A stretch of DNA of 62,974 bases, the filler included, from Collodictyon triciliatum (Eukaryota), in assembly GCA_043381765.1 (NCBI GenBank). It is 8 parts of 8 records of this genome, joined end to end, with 100 filler letters (N's around TTAATTAATTAA, not from the genome) between each part and the next. Parts side by side here need not be neighbours in the genome. Positions count along the whole stretch, not along the records: positions 15,771 to 23,554 come from JBHJMP010003747.1; positions 23,655 to 31,438 come from JBHJMP010003748.1; 6 more parts are not named here. The stretch is one strand, 5' to 3'. Of this stretch, positions 17,436 to 31,250 are shown piece after piece (the first letter of the stretch is position 1; every line of letters starts with the position of its first letter). Made by a program: the position numbers and the translations under genes. A model generated the notes under the pieces. That model was given only the letters and a program-made list of their open reading frames with translations. It ran no database searches and was not told the origin of the DNA.

Positions 17436-20400
17436 ATGTTGAAAGGAGTGATTTCCAACCACTTCCTTGTTGCGTTCATAGTTGTGTTATTCCTCTGCTT
17501 ACCGCTTTTCGCTGATAGCAGTATTCCAGTTAGCTAATTAAATGACTGTCGATTCAGCTTGTCCATTTATAGGCCCACTAAACGAGCCTTTTCCCGCTTC
17601 TTCGACTTGTGTGTCGACCCTGAATAATTTACAGGTCTTAAACTTGTCAGAAAATGCAGGTAAAATGCATATTTGTTATCTAGTCCCCATTTCTGTTATT
17701 CTCATACCATTCCCATTCTCTCTACTTTAACAAATAACTTGTAAATATTTACTATAATTCCATAGCACCGATATTTTTAATTTATTACCATGAACTGGGG
17801 ACTTTTTTGGGTTCATACGTTGCTGTTTTTTATTCTCTTTCTTCTTTCTCTTATTCTTCACTTTATTCCTTTCAAAGAGGTTCTTGAGGTGATGTTAATG
17901 TATTTATTTAAGGGCTCGAATCATTCACATTTCTGGTGCGAAGATCCCAGCCTATTGGACTACAAGATATCGCAATTCCCTCAGCCAAGCCAAATTAGGC
18001 GTGTTACATCCACTACCCAGTCAGTATCGACATGCCCGTCATGGTATACCTCGATTTAGCATTTCCTTATTCTATGATAACCCCTTTTTTTCACGATAGA
18101 TTGTAATGTCATCCCATAACTCAAAACATGCCAAAATTCTACAAGAAACTGTACCCAGGAAAAAAAAAAAGCTAAATAAGAGCATATATGTGACCAACAT
18201 GACATTTATCTGTTTTCTTCGTTTCAATCATAATTGGTTTTTTATATAAATATCATTCCCTAGTTTATTTCTTCTGATTGATGCATTCTCTTGATGGTAC
18301 ATAAATAAACCTTTTCCAGTATGAAGAGTTACTGCCACTGGAAGTATAGGCGATTAGATTCAAACCCTCGAGTCATAAACGATTCTTTATATTTGGCTGA
18401 AGTTGATTCCGCTAGGCTTCAAAAAGTTCTTAACGGTATCTCTTTCCCCTCATAATTATGGTTCATCATCTCCTTTGAATCGAATAAAGAAAAAAAATGA
18501 TTCATCATCTCAAATAAACGTTCATACATCGGTAAATTAAACTAAATAACCGTGAAAACAGCATGATATATTGAATAAGCATATCAAAACTCATCCATGG
18601 ACAGGAACCATGCTTAGCTTTACGTACAAAAATATTAGTAGTTGTATGTTTCATTTTTCTGCACAATTATTCAATGATTATTGTTATAGATATTCCGCCT
18701 AACGCCCCAGTTGAATTGGTAAATACTTTGGCTTTTCAAGAGATATTACACACCCCATCGCTCTTGACCAATCAGGACCTTCAGTCTTCATTCGAAAAGG
18801 TCATTTACATATAGTGTCTTTTCTACACAAAAATGTATAGCCATAAATAACGATATCCCCTGTAATAATGACAATATCGCCATTGTCCAACGGTGGAATG
18901 AAATGGAATAAATGATATCATTTCCTCAAATACTTTATAATTATTACTATACCTTACAAATTCATATCTCTACAGTTCTTGAAAAAGGCAATATTGATTA
19001 AAAGTGTCGAGTTACCAATCACAACTGATTACCCAACCCTGACGTACTTGCTTTTTTCTGAGAATGCTGTCATCAGGTGAGGTCCAACCTCATGTAGAGC
19101 CATTTACAGAAAACATACGAACGGAAGCCTTTATGGATTTATGCCATGCCATCAATATCTTTTTTCTTGATCAACTATTTTTGATTAATTGTAACCCGAA
19201 TTTCAGATACATTTCTTGTCAATTATTGGAGGGGAGAATAAAGGGAAACATTCCATTCCATACTATAAGCTGTATATCTGAATGTGTACACGGTGCGCAT
19301 CATTCATACACCATATTATTCATTCATTTTAGACAATTTTTTTAATTTTATTTCTGCATTCATAATTTTATGAATTACTAATACGTGATCTGAAAAATAT
19401 GCATACCTTTTTATGCAAACCCTTGTTGCAGATATCTTGAATCCATCTAGCTTGCAGAGGTAGAATACCATGCCATCTTGAAACATTTTAAAAAAAATAC
19501 ACATTTTCCTTGATACCAATTCATATATTGATATTTTCATTAGCTCAAATCACAGCATGTTTGGAAAAGCTTTTTTATCAATCTGCAAATCACCGGAATC
19601 TTTCTGGGCTGGTCTCACCCATTATCTGCATTTCATAACAATTACACGAAATGTGGATTCCCACATCAAAGAGCTTCATATATATCTTATAAATCAATTG
19701 AGTGAAACACTTGATATTGAAGGCCAAGTACGAAATATGTTATCCTCAATTTGAAGTTTAGAAGGAAACATGTACCCTCTTTCTTTTGAAAATGAAAAGA
19801 TAAGGAACATGAACTAAAGACGAAAAGATGAAAATATTCACAAACATTTTGGCGACATATGGTGCTATTAGATTAACTATTCAATTTCAATGATTTAGAA
19901 CATCCCAGTTTTCCACAGATTATTTGAGTTAATGGGTATTCTCTATATATTGTTTCATGCCATTTCACTTCCATATCAAATTGACCCCTTCCTTTGTTCA
20001 AACTTGCATATGTACACATGCACACACACGTAATAGATAGCATAAAGTCACTAACATACTCACTGATATTTCATTCACATTCTCTGTGCAACCATAAGAT
20101 GACGCATTTTGGGAAGGGGTATCGAAGGATGGTCGTAAGCTAATGGATATATTCCTACAAGCTATGCATCCTTCATTGACACCCCGAGAAGCTGAATTCC
20201 TCATCGACGTATTTATTTAAAATTTTACTATTCAAAAATTATGATCAGTTTCATGCCTTTGAATCGAATAAAGGAAAAAAAATGATTAGTTTCATAAAAT
20301 GGGGAAAAATTTCTTTTTATTACTGACAACCTAGTTGAAGCCATATATCCGTTGATACCAAACACATATAATATTTACACATCAGTTATATTTATATATA

Positions 20401-23240
20401 TATTTCTAGATTTTGCATATACTGTGGACATATAGGAAAGAATTTAAAATTCCAAGTAAACAGATGTTACTTATTCCTCGTAATATGTACACTTCTTTCA
20501 TGAAATTTGGGTTTCACACATTTCTCACAGATATTGTTTCCTTTTGCACTATTTTATATTCTAGACTTCAGTCAAATTATCTCCAGATGTTACCTCGATA
20601 TGGTATACAAATTACGATATTTGAGAAATAATAACGAGATATATGACGTTCGCAATTATTGTTGTCAGTATAACACAGAAGAATGAATCGAAAAAATATT
20701 CTTTCAACAGTTCGTATCTTTATACGCAGTATATGAAATTAAAAAAAAAAGAAAAGGAAAAGATACTCACTGGTAATATGCCTTTAAAAAATAACACTCA
20801 TTAATACCGACATCATAGTCCAAGAGAGCCAAATGTGTTAACGTCAAAATGAGATTCTGTCAGAAGCTTTTCCTCTATGAGTATCTTAAGTATAATACAT
20901 TTTTAAATCGAAATTACACACTCTATCTTTTTCTTTCATTTCAAGGTCAATAATATACGTACATTTTGGGTATCACTTGTCGATCTTTTGAAACATTTTT
21001 ATATTCTTTTTTTTATCACATTTTATTTCTCCGACGTAATCCATAGGATTCATGCTAGTTTTCTTCCAAAATCAATAGACTCAGTTTTTGCGAGACTCAA
21101 ACCCAGTCAATATCGGATGAACCGTGGTCCTTACAAACGATATTTGCTCTCGCCCTTTCCAGGGAACACGCGCTTTCAACCCTAAGATTTCGTAGGGTTT
21201 CTTCTATCATATTTAATATATTCGAACTCGCACCATTCCATGCCATTTAAATTAATATCACCAGTTATAAGCTATTTGTTGTTCGAGTATGTATCATTCA
21301 TGATAATATATTGTAATCTAATGAAAAAGAATGAAATGCAGATGCACGCCAATTCATACACACAATATCGGAGGACTTAATTGGTATCTTTCATAGATCT
21401 CAACATATCTCCCTGTCACCCAAAGAGTTAAGAAGAGAAACTTTTCAATTAAACAATCGCGAGCTGTTCCTGATTTATCATTCATTAGGCCAAATGATTT
21501 ACCGTCATATGCTGTTGACCCATCCCTACCAGCCCCAGGTAAAACAAGGCATTTTACTCAAACATTTATATACTGTTTCGTATGGTTCGTTATTGTTTTT
21601 AAATAATTGTGATATGCACTTACAGGCCGAGTCAAACCAAAAGGAGCCAATTAATTACGTTTTCCAGAAACAACAGTACAACGAGGTTTGCGCTCCGATG
21701 TATTGATAAGCCTATTGATTGACACATTATTAACATTTCTATCTTAGCTATTTGTAATACTGCTGCGCGGCGTTACCCATACCGATGCAGATTTTATGGA
21801 ATTGGCCTTATTTCTTCATTTTAAAACTATAGTAATGGCTATATTATAAATAGCACCCTAAAAATATTGAACTCATTTGGTCAGATATCCACTTTCAAAG
21901 TTTTATGATATTGTATACTAAGGGCATAATATGAATACATTCTAATATTCTTCGGTACTCTAGTTTCTTAGATTCAACGACATATCTTTATCACAAGTTT
22001 GTAACTTTACTTTCATTCACATTCTGCTACAATATCGTTATGTGTAACAATTTAAAAATGAAACGTTTTCACAGCAAGATGCATCACTACCGCCAAATAC
22101 TTGGTCTATGCTTTTTAAGAGGTTAGTATTTGATTGAAAAACAACAGTTCAAGAACCTTAAAAACGATTCGTCATCAAAATTTAAAATTACCAATAGTTC
22201 TTTTTGTTTTTATTCTTCCATTCAATCTCTTCAAGACAACAGCCCACAATACTATTGGTTGTGGCCATAAAAAATAGAATCCAGAATACAACGACCCAAT
22301 ATATTGTTATTGCTATTATTTTTTTTATTTTTAATATTTTTATGTAATAAATGTTGCAATCATACATCAGTTGAAAGTTTTGAATACTAGCGACTCTGAA
22401 GCCTATTATATCACTTACGAAAAGGAATATAATACAATATTTTCTCCCCTGATAAAAGGACACTCGACCACCTAAATCAAAGAATAGAGTCTCTCTGCGC
22501 AACATCCTCCTTTACCCAAATGGCTCAGTCACCGAGAATAATGCGCATTTTACCATATTTCTTGATGTCGCCTGGGAATCCTGTCGGAAAGGCTCTGCTT
22601 AGCAAACTTCACATGTAACCTATCCTCATTTTATTGCAAAAGTAGTTGAATACATTTGCAAAATTAATAATAATATACCTGCTACAGCCAACATCTTCAC
22701 CATCCTGCACAAAATTGAAAGGAAGAATAAAAAAAATACCTGCTACAAAATATAAATTACATATAATAAAACTCAATTTCATTAAAACGTAGAATATTAC
22801 CAAAGATTCGTGCCAAAGGAAGCATGGCAGATATAACAACTACCGTTATCAAATGGGTTTATAATTTATCCTAACATATTCTTGTTCTATCACACCCCCC
22901 TTTTTTTGTATTATTTAAATCTAAGCCTTTTTATTTTATTTTATCAATCGCTTTATATATGGATTTATGATACTGTGTCTAATGAATAAATAACAGTTGG
23001 CAACAAATATGGATTCATCGTATATCGAGGGATTAACTACAGTACTTAAGGTGCCATAGCTATCGCAATAATCCTGTCCGATTCTTAAAATATTGGAATT
23101 TGCACCACTTATTCTATTTTATAATCAAATAGGACTTGCAGATGTACATATCTGTCCTAGATGGCAAGTTTCTGGCCAACTTTATGAAATCGCTAGAAAT
23201 ATCCCTCAGAGCCCTTCAGAAAGAAGATTCGTTTGATAGG
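17436..23240 (+). CDS. Uncharacterised multi-exon gene (possibly two genes) with N-terminal signal/anchor and many short exons
   Basis: Phase-compatible GT-AG exons such as DIPPNAPVELVNTLAFQEILHTP, DAFWEGVSKDGRKLMDIF and GQMIYRHMLLTHPYQ; hydrophobic N-terminus; no family recognised and 3' boundary uncertain. Confidence 0.45.
18458..18511 (+). mobile_element. Micro-retroposon copy (18473-18496) with 15-bp TSD
   Basis: ATGGTTCATCATCTC [CTTTGAATCGAATAAAG + A tail] ATGATTCATCATCTC, 1 mismatch. Confidence 0.85.
20241..20295 (+). mobile_element. Micro-retroposon copy (20255-20281) with 14-bp TSD
   Basis: ATGATCAGTTTCAT [GCCTTTGAATCGAATAAAGG + A7] ATGATTAGTTTCAT, 1 mismatch. Confidence 0.85.
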
Positions 23241-23408
23241 GTAGGAATTTATTTATTTGCAATTTTTCAAGAATATCTGATGGTCCCTCGAGATAATGTC
23301 AAAAATTTACATATATAGTAAATTTTTTTCTCACCGAAACCTCCCTCTCGTACAAACTGAAAGGAAGAATAATAAAACTGCAATATTTTTTTATGTCATA
23401 TGCTATTC

Positions 23409-23456
23409 CAACAACAAACAACAACAACAAACAACAAACAACAAACAACAAACAAC

Positions 23457-23554
<98 letters not shown>
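23409..23554. repeat. (AAC)n microsatellite
   Basis: Tandem AAC at scaffold end. Confidence 0.95.
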
Positions 23555-23662
23555 NNNNNNNNNNNNNNNNNNNNNNNNNNNNNNNNNNNNNNNNNNNNTT
23601 AATTAATTAANNNNNNNNNNNNNNNNNNNNNNNNNNNNNNNNNNNNNNNNNNNNAAAAAAAA

Positions 23663-23860
23663 GAAAAATGAAAAATGAAAAATGAAAAATGAAAAATGAA
23701 AAATGAAAAATGAAAAATGAAAAATGAAAAATGAAAAATGAAAAATGAAAAATGAAAAATGAAAAATGAAAAATGAAAAAGAGAGGAGAAAAAGAAAATG
23801 AAAATGAAAAATGAAAATGAAAAATGAAAAATGAAAAATGAAAAATGAAAAATGAAAAAG
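23663..23860. repeat. (GAAAAAT)n heptamer repeat; same unit at 39424-39595 and, reversed, at about 32157-32195
   Basis: Tandem units visible directly. Confidence 0.95.
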
Positions 23861-25039
23861 AGAGGAGAAAAAGAAAAAGAAATAGAAAAAGAGGACAAGA
23901 AAAAATAGAAAAAAATAGAAAAAGAAACTAATGAATGAGTCAGAGCAACTTATGCTGAACACTATATCCATACTGATGTTGCTACCCGTGGGTCGATGGC
24001 TTGAGTTTGATTCGTCGTCTTTTTTTTTTATCCCTTTATCATTATTTATTTATTTGTTTCAAAGAGCTCTCTTCATATTATAAGTAGTTTGCTGCACTTA
24101 CGGGTTGGTGGCAGCTGGCGTACTGCTCGTCGGTGTGTCTCGGTGCGTAACCTGTGTGAAAGGGTGTGGTCAAGTGACTTTTTCGCTCTCTGCGTTGGCC
24201 TTCTCGTTTTGCGTTCGGTCAGTTGGCGTTCATAGGCGCGGGGTTGTGGCGTTGGTCTCGTCCTTCTCTGGATACCTCTTTCCGATCACTTGCGTGTGTT
24301 TTTTTCCGGCTTCAGAATGTGGTGGGTTGAGAGAAGAAGGAAAGAACCCCAGTGTAATTATATTATTTTCTGGAGAATGGATCTTCTGTCTATCTCAGTG
24401 TGCTTATTATTTCTCTGCATAACAGACTTTTTCCTATTGATTGTGTTTTTTTATTTATTGTTCCTCTCAAGTCTGTCTCTCTCAGTGCGATCACCCCATT
24501 TATTCACTTTGTGAGGTATGGAATAGATCGACCTTTGGGATATTTTTGTACACAAACCCACAAACCCACAAACCCACAAACAAACAGTCCAAACTCGTCG
24601 TATTATCAGTCTAAATTGAATAATACGGAACATTTATCTAATACTGCACATGTTGCTTCGGTTATTCGTCACGGTATACTTCTTTGGGTAATATTTTTCA
24701 TTTATGAAGAGGTGAATGGATTCCGAACACAAGTCATACATATCCCTGATACAAAAAAAAAACAAGTACAACATGTGATTGAGCGAAGAGAGAAAATCCT
24801 GAATTAAAACCGCCTTAAACCCCCATTAAGTTTTATGGTGATTGCGATAGAATAGGCTCCAAAGCACTCATTAAATATTGCTTGGAATTAGTCACATTAT
24901 GTTTTAATTATTGGTCCTTTGCCTCGGTTTGAAACTTACTGGGCAGAGAAAAAGTAATAGCAGATCAATAAGCCATGATACACTCTGGCTGTAACTTTGA
25001 CCCGAAGTCCAAACAACGGCAATAAATCCTGCCTTAGCA

Positions 25040-25420
25040 TTTCATGAAAAAAGACATTGAATGGTATACTGGATCGATGAAGCTGTCGTGATGCTTGGAG
25101 CCAAAGCCAAAAGAGAACAACAGAAAGTTGGTAAGTACGAGACATGGGGAGAGACCAAACCTGGAAACCTCGAGAAAACAGTCACCATCGCACGCATCAT
25201 CTCCGGGGGCAGTAACTTCTCCAAAAAAACCTGCATATCAGACATACTTTAGGACTAACCGACAAGGTGCATGCATGTATCCAAACGATTGTAATGGAAG
25301 AAGCTATGGGTACTCTAGCCAGAAAAACAGAGGACGAAAATAGATGGACAAAAGATAACGCCTTTCAAACACTTAATTGCCAGCTTAAATTCAAACAGGA
25401 AAGAGAAATATCAGGAGCAA
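25040..25420 (+). mobile_element. Possible relic of a non-LTR retrotransposon C-terminus (Zn-knuckle/RLE region)
   Basis: Intronless, stop-broken frames KYETWGE..KTVTIARIISGG and IQTIVMEEAMGTLARK loosely resemble the CCHC-knuckle and VIGALG motifs; judged by eye only. Confidence 0.3.
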
Positions 25421-26286
25421 GTAGGTTATACCTGATCCTGGATTTTTCTTTCTGGCCTTCTCGCCAGAGAGCATAAGAGACCAACGCGAAGGGATGGGAA
25501 AAGAAAAGTCAAAAAAATCAGATATCATAGTCACTTTCATCTTCTTTGGTGTTCTCCTCCCTATTCCAGAAAAGATAAAAAGCATTGAATTTTCCGTCCA
25601 ACGCACACCAACTCCCGAATGACGACTCCCAACAACCACCCGCGATCTTTCAATCCTGTTTATTCTGCACTTTTGTCTTGGTTTTCTTGATTCTCTTCTC
25701 TTCTCGCTCTGAATCTGTCTCTGTTCCTCCCTCGATCCGCCCACTATAACTCCGACCGAGATACTACTCGACACGGCGCCGCAAATAATCTGTCTACAAA
25801 AAGTATTGGGTGCTTCCCAGCGTGCGCCTAGTCAGACACCAAAAAGTATTCTCATCCCGATCAGTGGATGGCGCTATTAAAGTATGTTTTCGCTGAGAAC
25901 ATCTTTTTCCTGTTCCTTTCCTCACCCTCTAACCATACGTTGTTCTCGAAGCTTACACTCGCCAGGTCACAACTCGCACTCGCGCATGGCTTCAGTACAT
26001 CCACACATACCGATGAGCACAAATGAAATCCCTCGGTCAAAGGGCAGGTACGCAATGCTCAAATGGCATATAAATGTACCCCTCTCTAAAAGTAAGACTG
26101 GAGGATATGAAGTGGTCACGAAAAATGATTCAATCCCATAGAAATCTTGGTTGCTCTTTTGTTTCATAAATTAAAATATCTTTTCAAATCACCTATGGAT
26201 CATTTTTTAACAAAGCTGAAGTTGAGCTTGTGGACGATCTTTTTCCAAAAAAATTAACATACTCTTTCTTTTTTTTTTTTTTTTAG

Positions 26287-27602
26287 GGAAACGAATAAAT
26301 TGCATAAAGCATTCAATTCCTTCCAATCCATATCATTTCTTTTAGCCGTGTATGTGATGGTGATGATAGCCTCTTCTGCGCCTCATTTACATTCCCATGG
26401 AAGGTTTCACTAATAAATGGAAACAAGGATTTTGATTTAGAACCAGGCTTTCCAAAGGCGTGTTATTAATGAATAAATCAGCTCAATAGGTCTGAAGGAG
26501 TGTCAATACAGCCGCAGCGAGCTCCTGTCCATGAGAATGGAGGATGCTTTTCAAATATTACTTGAACTTCATGAAGACTGGTGTCCAGAACATACCACCA
26601 GCTTGCAGAAAACTGTCTCTGACTCGTCATGCCAAAACTTTGTTCAGATCAATTATGGTGACTACGAAGATAGGGATCGAATTATACCCGAGGCAATTGC
26701 AATGAACCCCGAAATGTCAAAAGAAAACGAAAAAATAACAACCAGCCCTGAATCAAACGATTCAAGTAAATACAGCCAGACTTTTGATGAAAAACACCAA
26801 CTAAATAATGAGATGTTTGATATCCTCTCTCAGTTTTACGATTCCATGGATGGTCTTTATTGGTATGATTCGACCAATTGGAAAAATCAATATATTCCAG
26901 TGTGCATCTAGTTTGGGGTTGTTTGCCACAAAGAATGCTCCCTGGTGCAAGCCCAGGTATTTTTTCCCTTTCACAAGATAGCCAAAATGAAGAATGATTT
27001 AATCCAGTTAATTGAATTTTATGTACATCGCAGAAAAATCTATGTCCTATTGTTGGACTGTCCCTCCCCGGCAATAATTTGAGTGGAGACATAGGGACTG
27101 CGTCACTCATATTGGAGAAAATGGCCTATTTGGTTATTGCAGACTTCAGCTCGAATTTTATATATGGATGCTTGCCTGATTTAAGCTTCCCGAATATGGT
27201 CCAGCTAACAGTTTACTCAAACATTATATCTGGATCAATACCTGATTTTCAGGCCATTCCGATGATATCATCATTAGAAGTTGATGGAAATGACATCAAG
27301 GGGACCATTCCTGATTTTTCATGGATACCATTCATAGAATATTTGATGATTGGAGACAGTAATCAGATATCAGGTAGTAAATTAAGAATTTGTTGAGCTT
27401 TTTTTATTTTATTTTTTGAATATTTATTTCAAATCCAATCGATGTTTTACCCCCAGGGCCGATACCCAACTTCTCTAGATTACCAATAGTCGAGACTTTG
27501 GCGGTTTATCGGTCTAATGTCTCTGGTAAATATAGCCTTTCGATATTTCCTTTTTTGCTATAAAAATGTTGAAAGATATCCGGCATCTTGCATAAATGAT
27601 AG

Positions 27603-27692
<90 letters not shown>

Positions 27693-30600
27693 TAATAACT
27701 TTTAATTGCTCTTAATACTCTCAATTACTTTAATAATTTAGGTGAAGTTCCTAGTTTCACTTATACTCCTAAAATTCAAGGAGTATATATCCATGACAAT
27801 CAGCTATCAGGTAATCTTTCAAGCTGTTGTATACCAAAACATGTTATTTCTTATAAAAACACAAAAGTTGCCTCTATGGATGACGAATTTTCGACATCTA
27901 TCACAGGTCAACTCCCGAATTTCTCAAGTCTCCCCTACATAATGTACATTGATGTGTCAAGTAACCTGCTATCGGGTAATCATTGTCCTGCCTATAATTT
28001 GGCGTTTAATATTTGAAAAATGGATGTATCTAACAGAAGCACCTATAGGTACAATATCTGATTTTTCCAACATCTCCTCAGTTTATGGGATTTACCTTTA
28101 CAATAATAAAATAACAGGTATACTTGCATCAGTTTTTCCAGAGAGAATCACAAAACTCAAATTATCAGACATAAGCTCGACCTTTTCTTATATTCACAGG
28201 GACGATTCCAGACTTTTCGAAGACACCGCTACTATTTTACCTGTACTTGTATGACAATCAACTGAATGGTGCACTTACCATTTCATCTCGATTTTATCTT
28301 CCATGATATAAAACCATCAAACTTTTGATGAGCGAACCACATTCATACACATAATCAATATATTGCATAGGAACAATTCCTAATTTTAGCAATATTCCCT
28401 ACGCATCCACTGTGCCACTATACGGGAACAAACTAAATGGTACAAAGAAAATCTTGCTATATGATGCTGAAGAATTGCCCCACTTAAAATTGACTTGCGG
28501 ATTTTTCATTCGTATATTAAAGTATTGAACACATTTGCTATATTATGAAATTATGAACGAAAATAAATATAATTGATCTCGACATTGCAGGGTCAATACC
28601 AGATTTCAAAAACACAAAAATTTTAAGGAGACTCCTGCTAAACAGCAACAATCTTGAAGGTTTATCATCTTTACTGTGATATTTTATTATATATTTATTT
28701 GTACAATAAAAGTGAAAGCTGTATTTGTGTAGGAACCATTCCGAACTTTTCCAACATTCCTAGGCTTACTGAACTTATCTTATCCAGCAATAAATTAACT
28801 GGTATGAAAATAGTTTCTCCATATCGCAAGAAATCATAGTATATCGATGCTCTATTTCAAAAGTGGCAAGGATTCATTTGGATTTGATAAAAAAAAAACT
28901 TTTATCAGGAACAATTCCGGATTTTGGCCATATAAAAATGTTGACGAGTATTTCCATCGGGAACAATATGCTTTCCGGTATAGACCATCTAATCTCAAAA
29001 GTCTACGAATTTAATCGCAACTAAAATTATTTTTGAAGGGGAAATACCTGACTTCAGCAATTTGGGAGGTCTATTATATATCAGGCTACAAAGCAATCTG
29101 CTGGAAGGTCGAATTTTTTTTTTAAAAAAAATACTGTTGTGAAATTTTCTTGTCGAGAACTCACTCTTTATGTATCTCTTCAGGCGTGATTCCAAACTTT
29201 GCAAATATTCCACACGCCAATTCGATAGATATTTCGGGAAATTATTTGGAGGGTCGGATTCAATTTTTCTCACAAACCTTTTCTTCATAATTTGATAATG
29301 AAAACTGAAGTTCCAATCTTTCCAAAAAAAAAATATTATACAATAGGACCAATACCGAATTTTTCAAATATTCACAGGATAGAATACATCGATTTAAAAT
29401 CCAACAATATTCAAGGTCTCCAACAATGCAATCCTTTCATTTAAATCAAACGTTTAAGCCTGAGTATGCGATAACCAAGATGTATGTAGGCACAATAACC
29501 GACTTACTCGATGTGGCCGCTTTGAAAAGAATTAATTTATCAAGAAATAAACTGTCAGGTCTGATTTTCTCAGTGTTCCCCCTATTATATACAAATCAGA
29601 ACTCTTCTTAGTAATTTTTAACTACTCTATATTGTCGGACGTTAGGAACCATCCCAATGTTTTCCAACTTGAATCAACTTTTGTCCTTTTCTGCATACGA
29701 CAATTCACTCTCTGGAGCTGTGCCATCCTTTGAAAGCTGCCGATGGATTGAAGAAATAGTCATTTTCAGAAATTACTTGACAGGTTCGCTCCCTATCTAC
29801 AAACTTTCAGAACTGAAGAGACTCGATGTCAGTGAAAACCATATTTATGGGGTTATACCATACAAATGGGAAGTTCCATCATTGGAAGTCATCAATCTAT
29901 CCAGAAACAATATGGTTGGGACCATTCCACGGTCCTTTCAATACATTGATTCCTTAAGAATAATCAACCTGGGCCACAACAAATTCTATGGTTCTGTTCC
30001 CATCAAACTCTGGAACCTTCCGAATCTTTATTCCATAGATTTTAGAAACAATTCTTTTTCCGGTGACGTTGGAATATTTATCGTGCCTGAGCCTGGCTTT
30101 GATAGCAGCTTCGACATTCTGATTCTTGATGACAATAAATTGACAGGAGAGCTCAACTGGAGAGTTTTCGACTCTGTATTTAATTTAAGACTGCTGAGTC
30201 TAAGAAATAACGAAATCTTGGCATTAGGAGAGCAGACGAATTTGTTGCAATGGTCCCGCCTCGAACTTTCTGGAAATCCCATGCAAGGTTCCATACCAGA
30301 ATCGTATTCCAGATTTTCAAAGTTAGAGTACTTTGGGTTGGAAGGTACACGACTAAATCACCAAAATGCAGCGTTCCTACCAAGTTTCATGAAATGCTCG
30401 GATTCGTTTAGTCTCCAAGATAATACGAAATTATACTTGTGCCCTGAAATAATCTCAGAATCTGGGCTTGTTCGGACTGATGTAAGATTGAGCGCATCTT
30501 ACCACGACCACTCTTTATGCAAGTGCCTGCCCAATTATTTTGGGTTCGGAGATAAATGCGTGCTATGTCCCACTAACTGTGAATGCAAAGATGGCGTTTC

Positions 30601-31250
30601 ATTGAGATATTGCCATCCTTCACCAAATCCTATCGAGATAAAGTCTATAATTCCTTGTCCTCGGCCTGATTCGTGCATGACGGTTATACCTACAAAAAAT
30701 TCCAGTGTGATTGAGCTTTCGACAGTTTACCAGCAATGTGAGAATGGTTATGAGGGTTATGGCTGCTCAAAATGTCAAACAGGATTTGGAAAACAAGGCC
30801 GATTATGCGTCAAATGTGATGATTCGACAGTTGTGTTGACCGTAATCATCGGGGCAGTCATTTTATGTGTTTTTGCTGCATACCTTTTCTTTTCAGAGAC
30901 CCCATCATCAGGTTTGTTCCATGGAACTTTTTTTTTTTAAAAAAAAAAAAGAAGCATAAATCCCTTACCGTGTGGATTGATCGATTTTATTCTGTAGCAA
31001 GACTGCGAATCATCATTTTTCACGTGCAGACGATGTCGGTTGTTTCATCTGGTTTGTTGAAGTCTGAAGATGCCACGAGATTTATGGAGTCATCGTCATC
31101 CATAGGGTCCATACATCTCCCAAACCTTAACTGCGTCTTTGGGACAACAGATCTCCTCTCTGTGCTTGTATTTAGCTACTCCAGGATTCCTGCCTTTGTA
31201 ATTATCGGAATTTTCCTTTATATGCTTGGTTCATACAGCTTAAAAAACAA
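26287..31250 (+). CDS. LRR receptor-like membrane protein (LRRNT cap, extracellular LRRs, Cys-rich region, several TM helices); in-frame TAG at 26909-26911; 3' truncated
   Basis: LRRNT-like ILSQFYDSMDGLYW..NW..PVC; LxxNxLsGxIP repeats; 13 single-repeat exons; C..GYEGYGCSKC; hydrophobic segments from about 30830; 5' exons hard to keep in frame, so possibly a young pseudogene. Confidence 0.85.
27606..27691. repeat. (AAT)n intronic microsatellite; also at 7742-7786 and 47332-47460
   Basis: Perfect trinucleotide runs. Confidence 0.95.

Noticed and set aside
18151-18172. GA splice donor (CCCAG|GAAAAA)
   Set aside because: A GT donor at 18151 gives a canonical solution, and there is no homology to decide between them
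18320-18400. Stop-codon reassignment suggested by in-frame TAG/TAA
   Set aside because: Canonical splicing removes them; HSP70, Rab8, Rab22 and eIF4E end at TAA, TAG or TGA, and the conserved genes have no internal stops
20684-20697. TGAATCGAAAAAA as another micro-element copy
   Set aside because: Only a partial core and no flanking duplication
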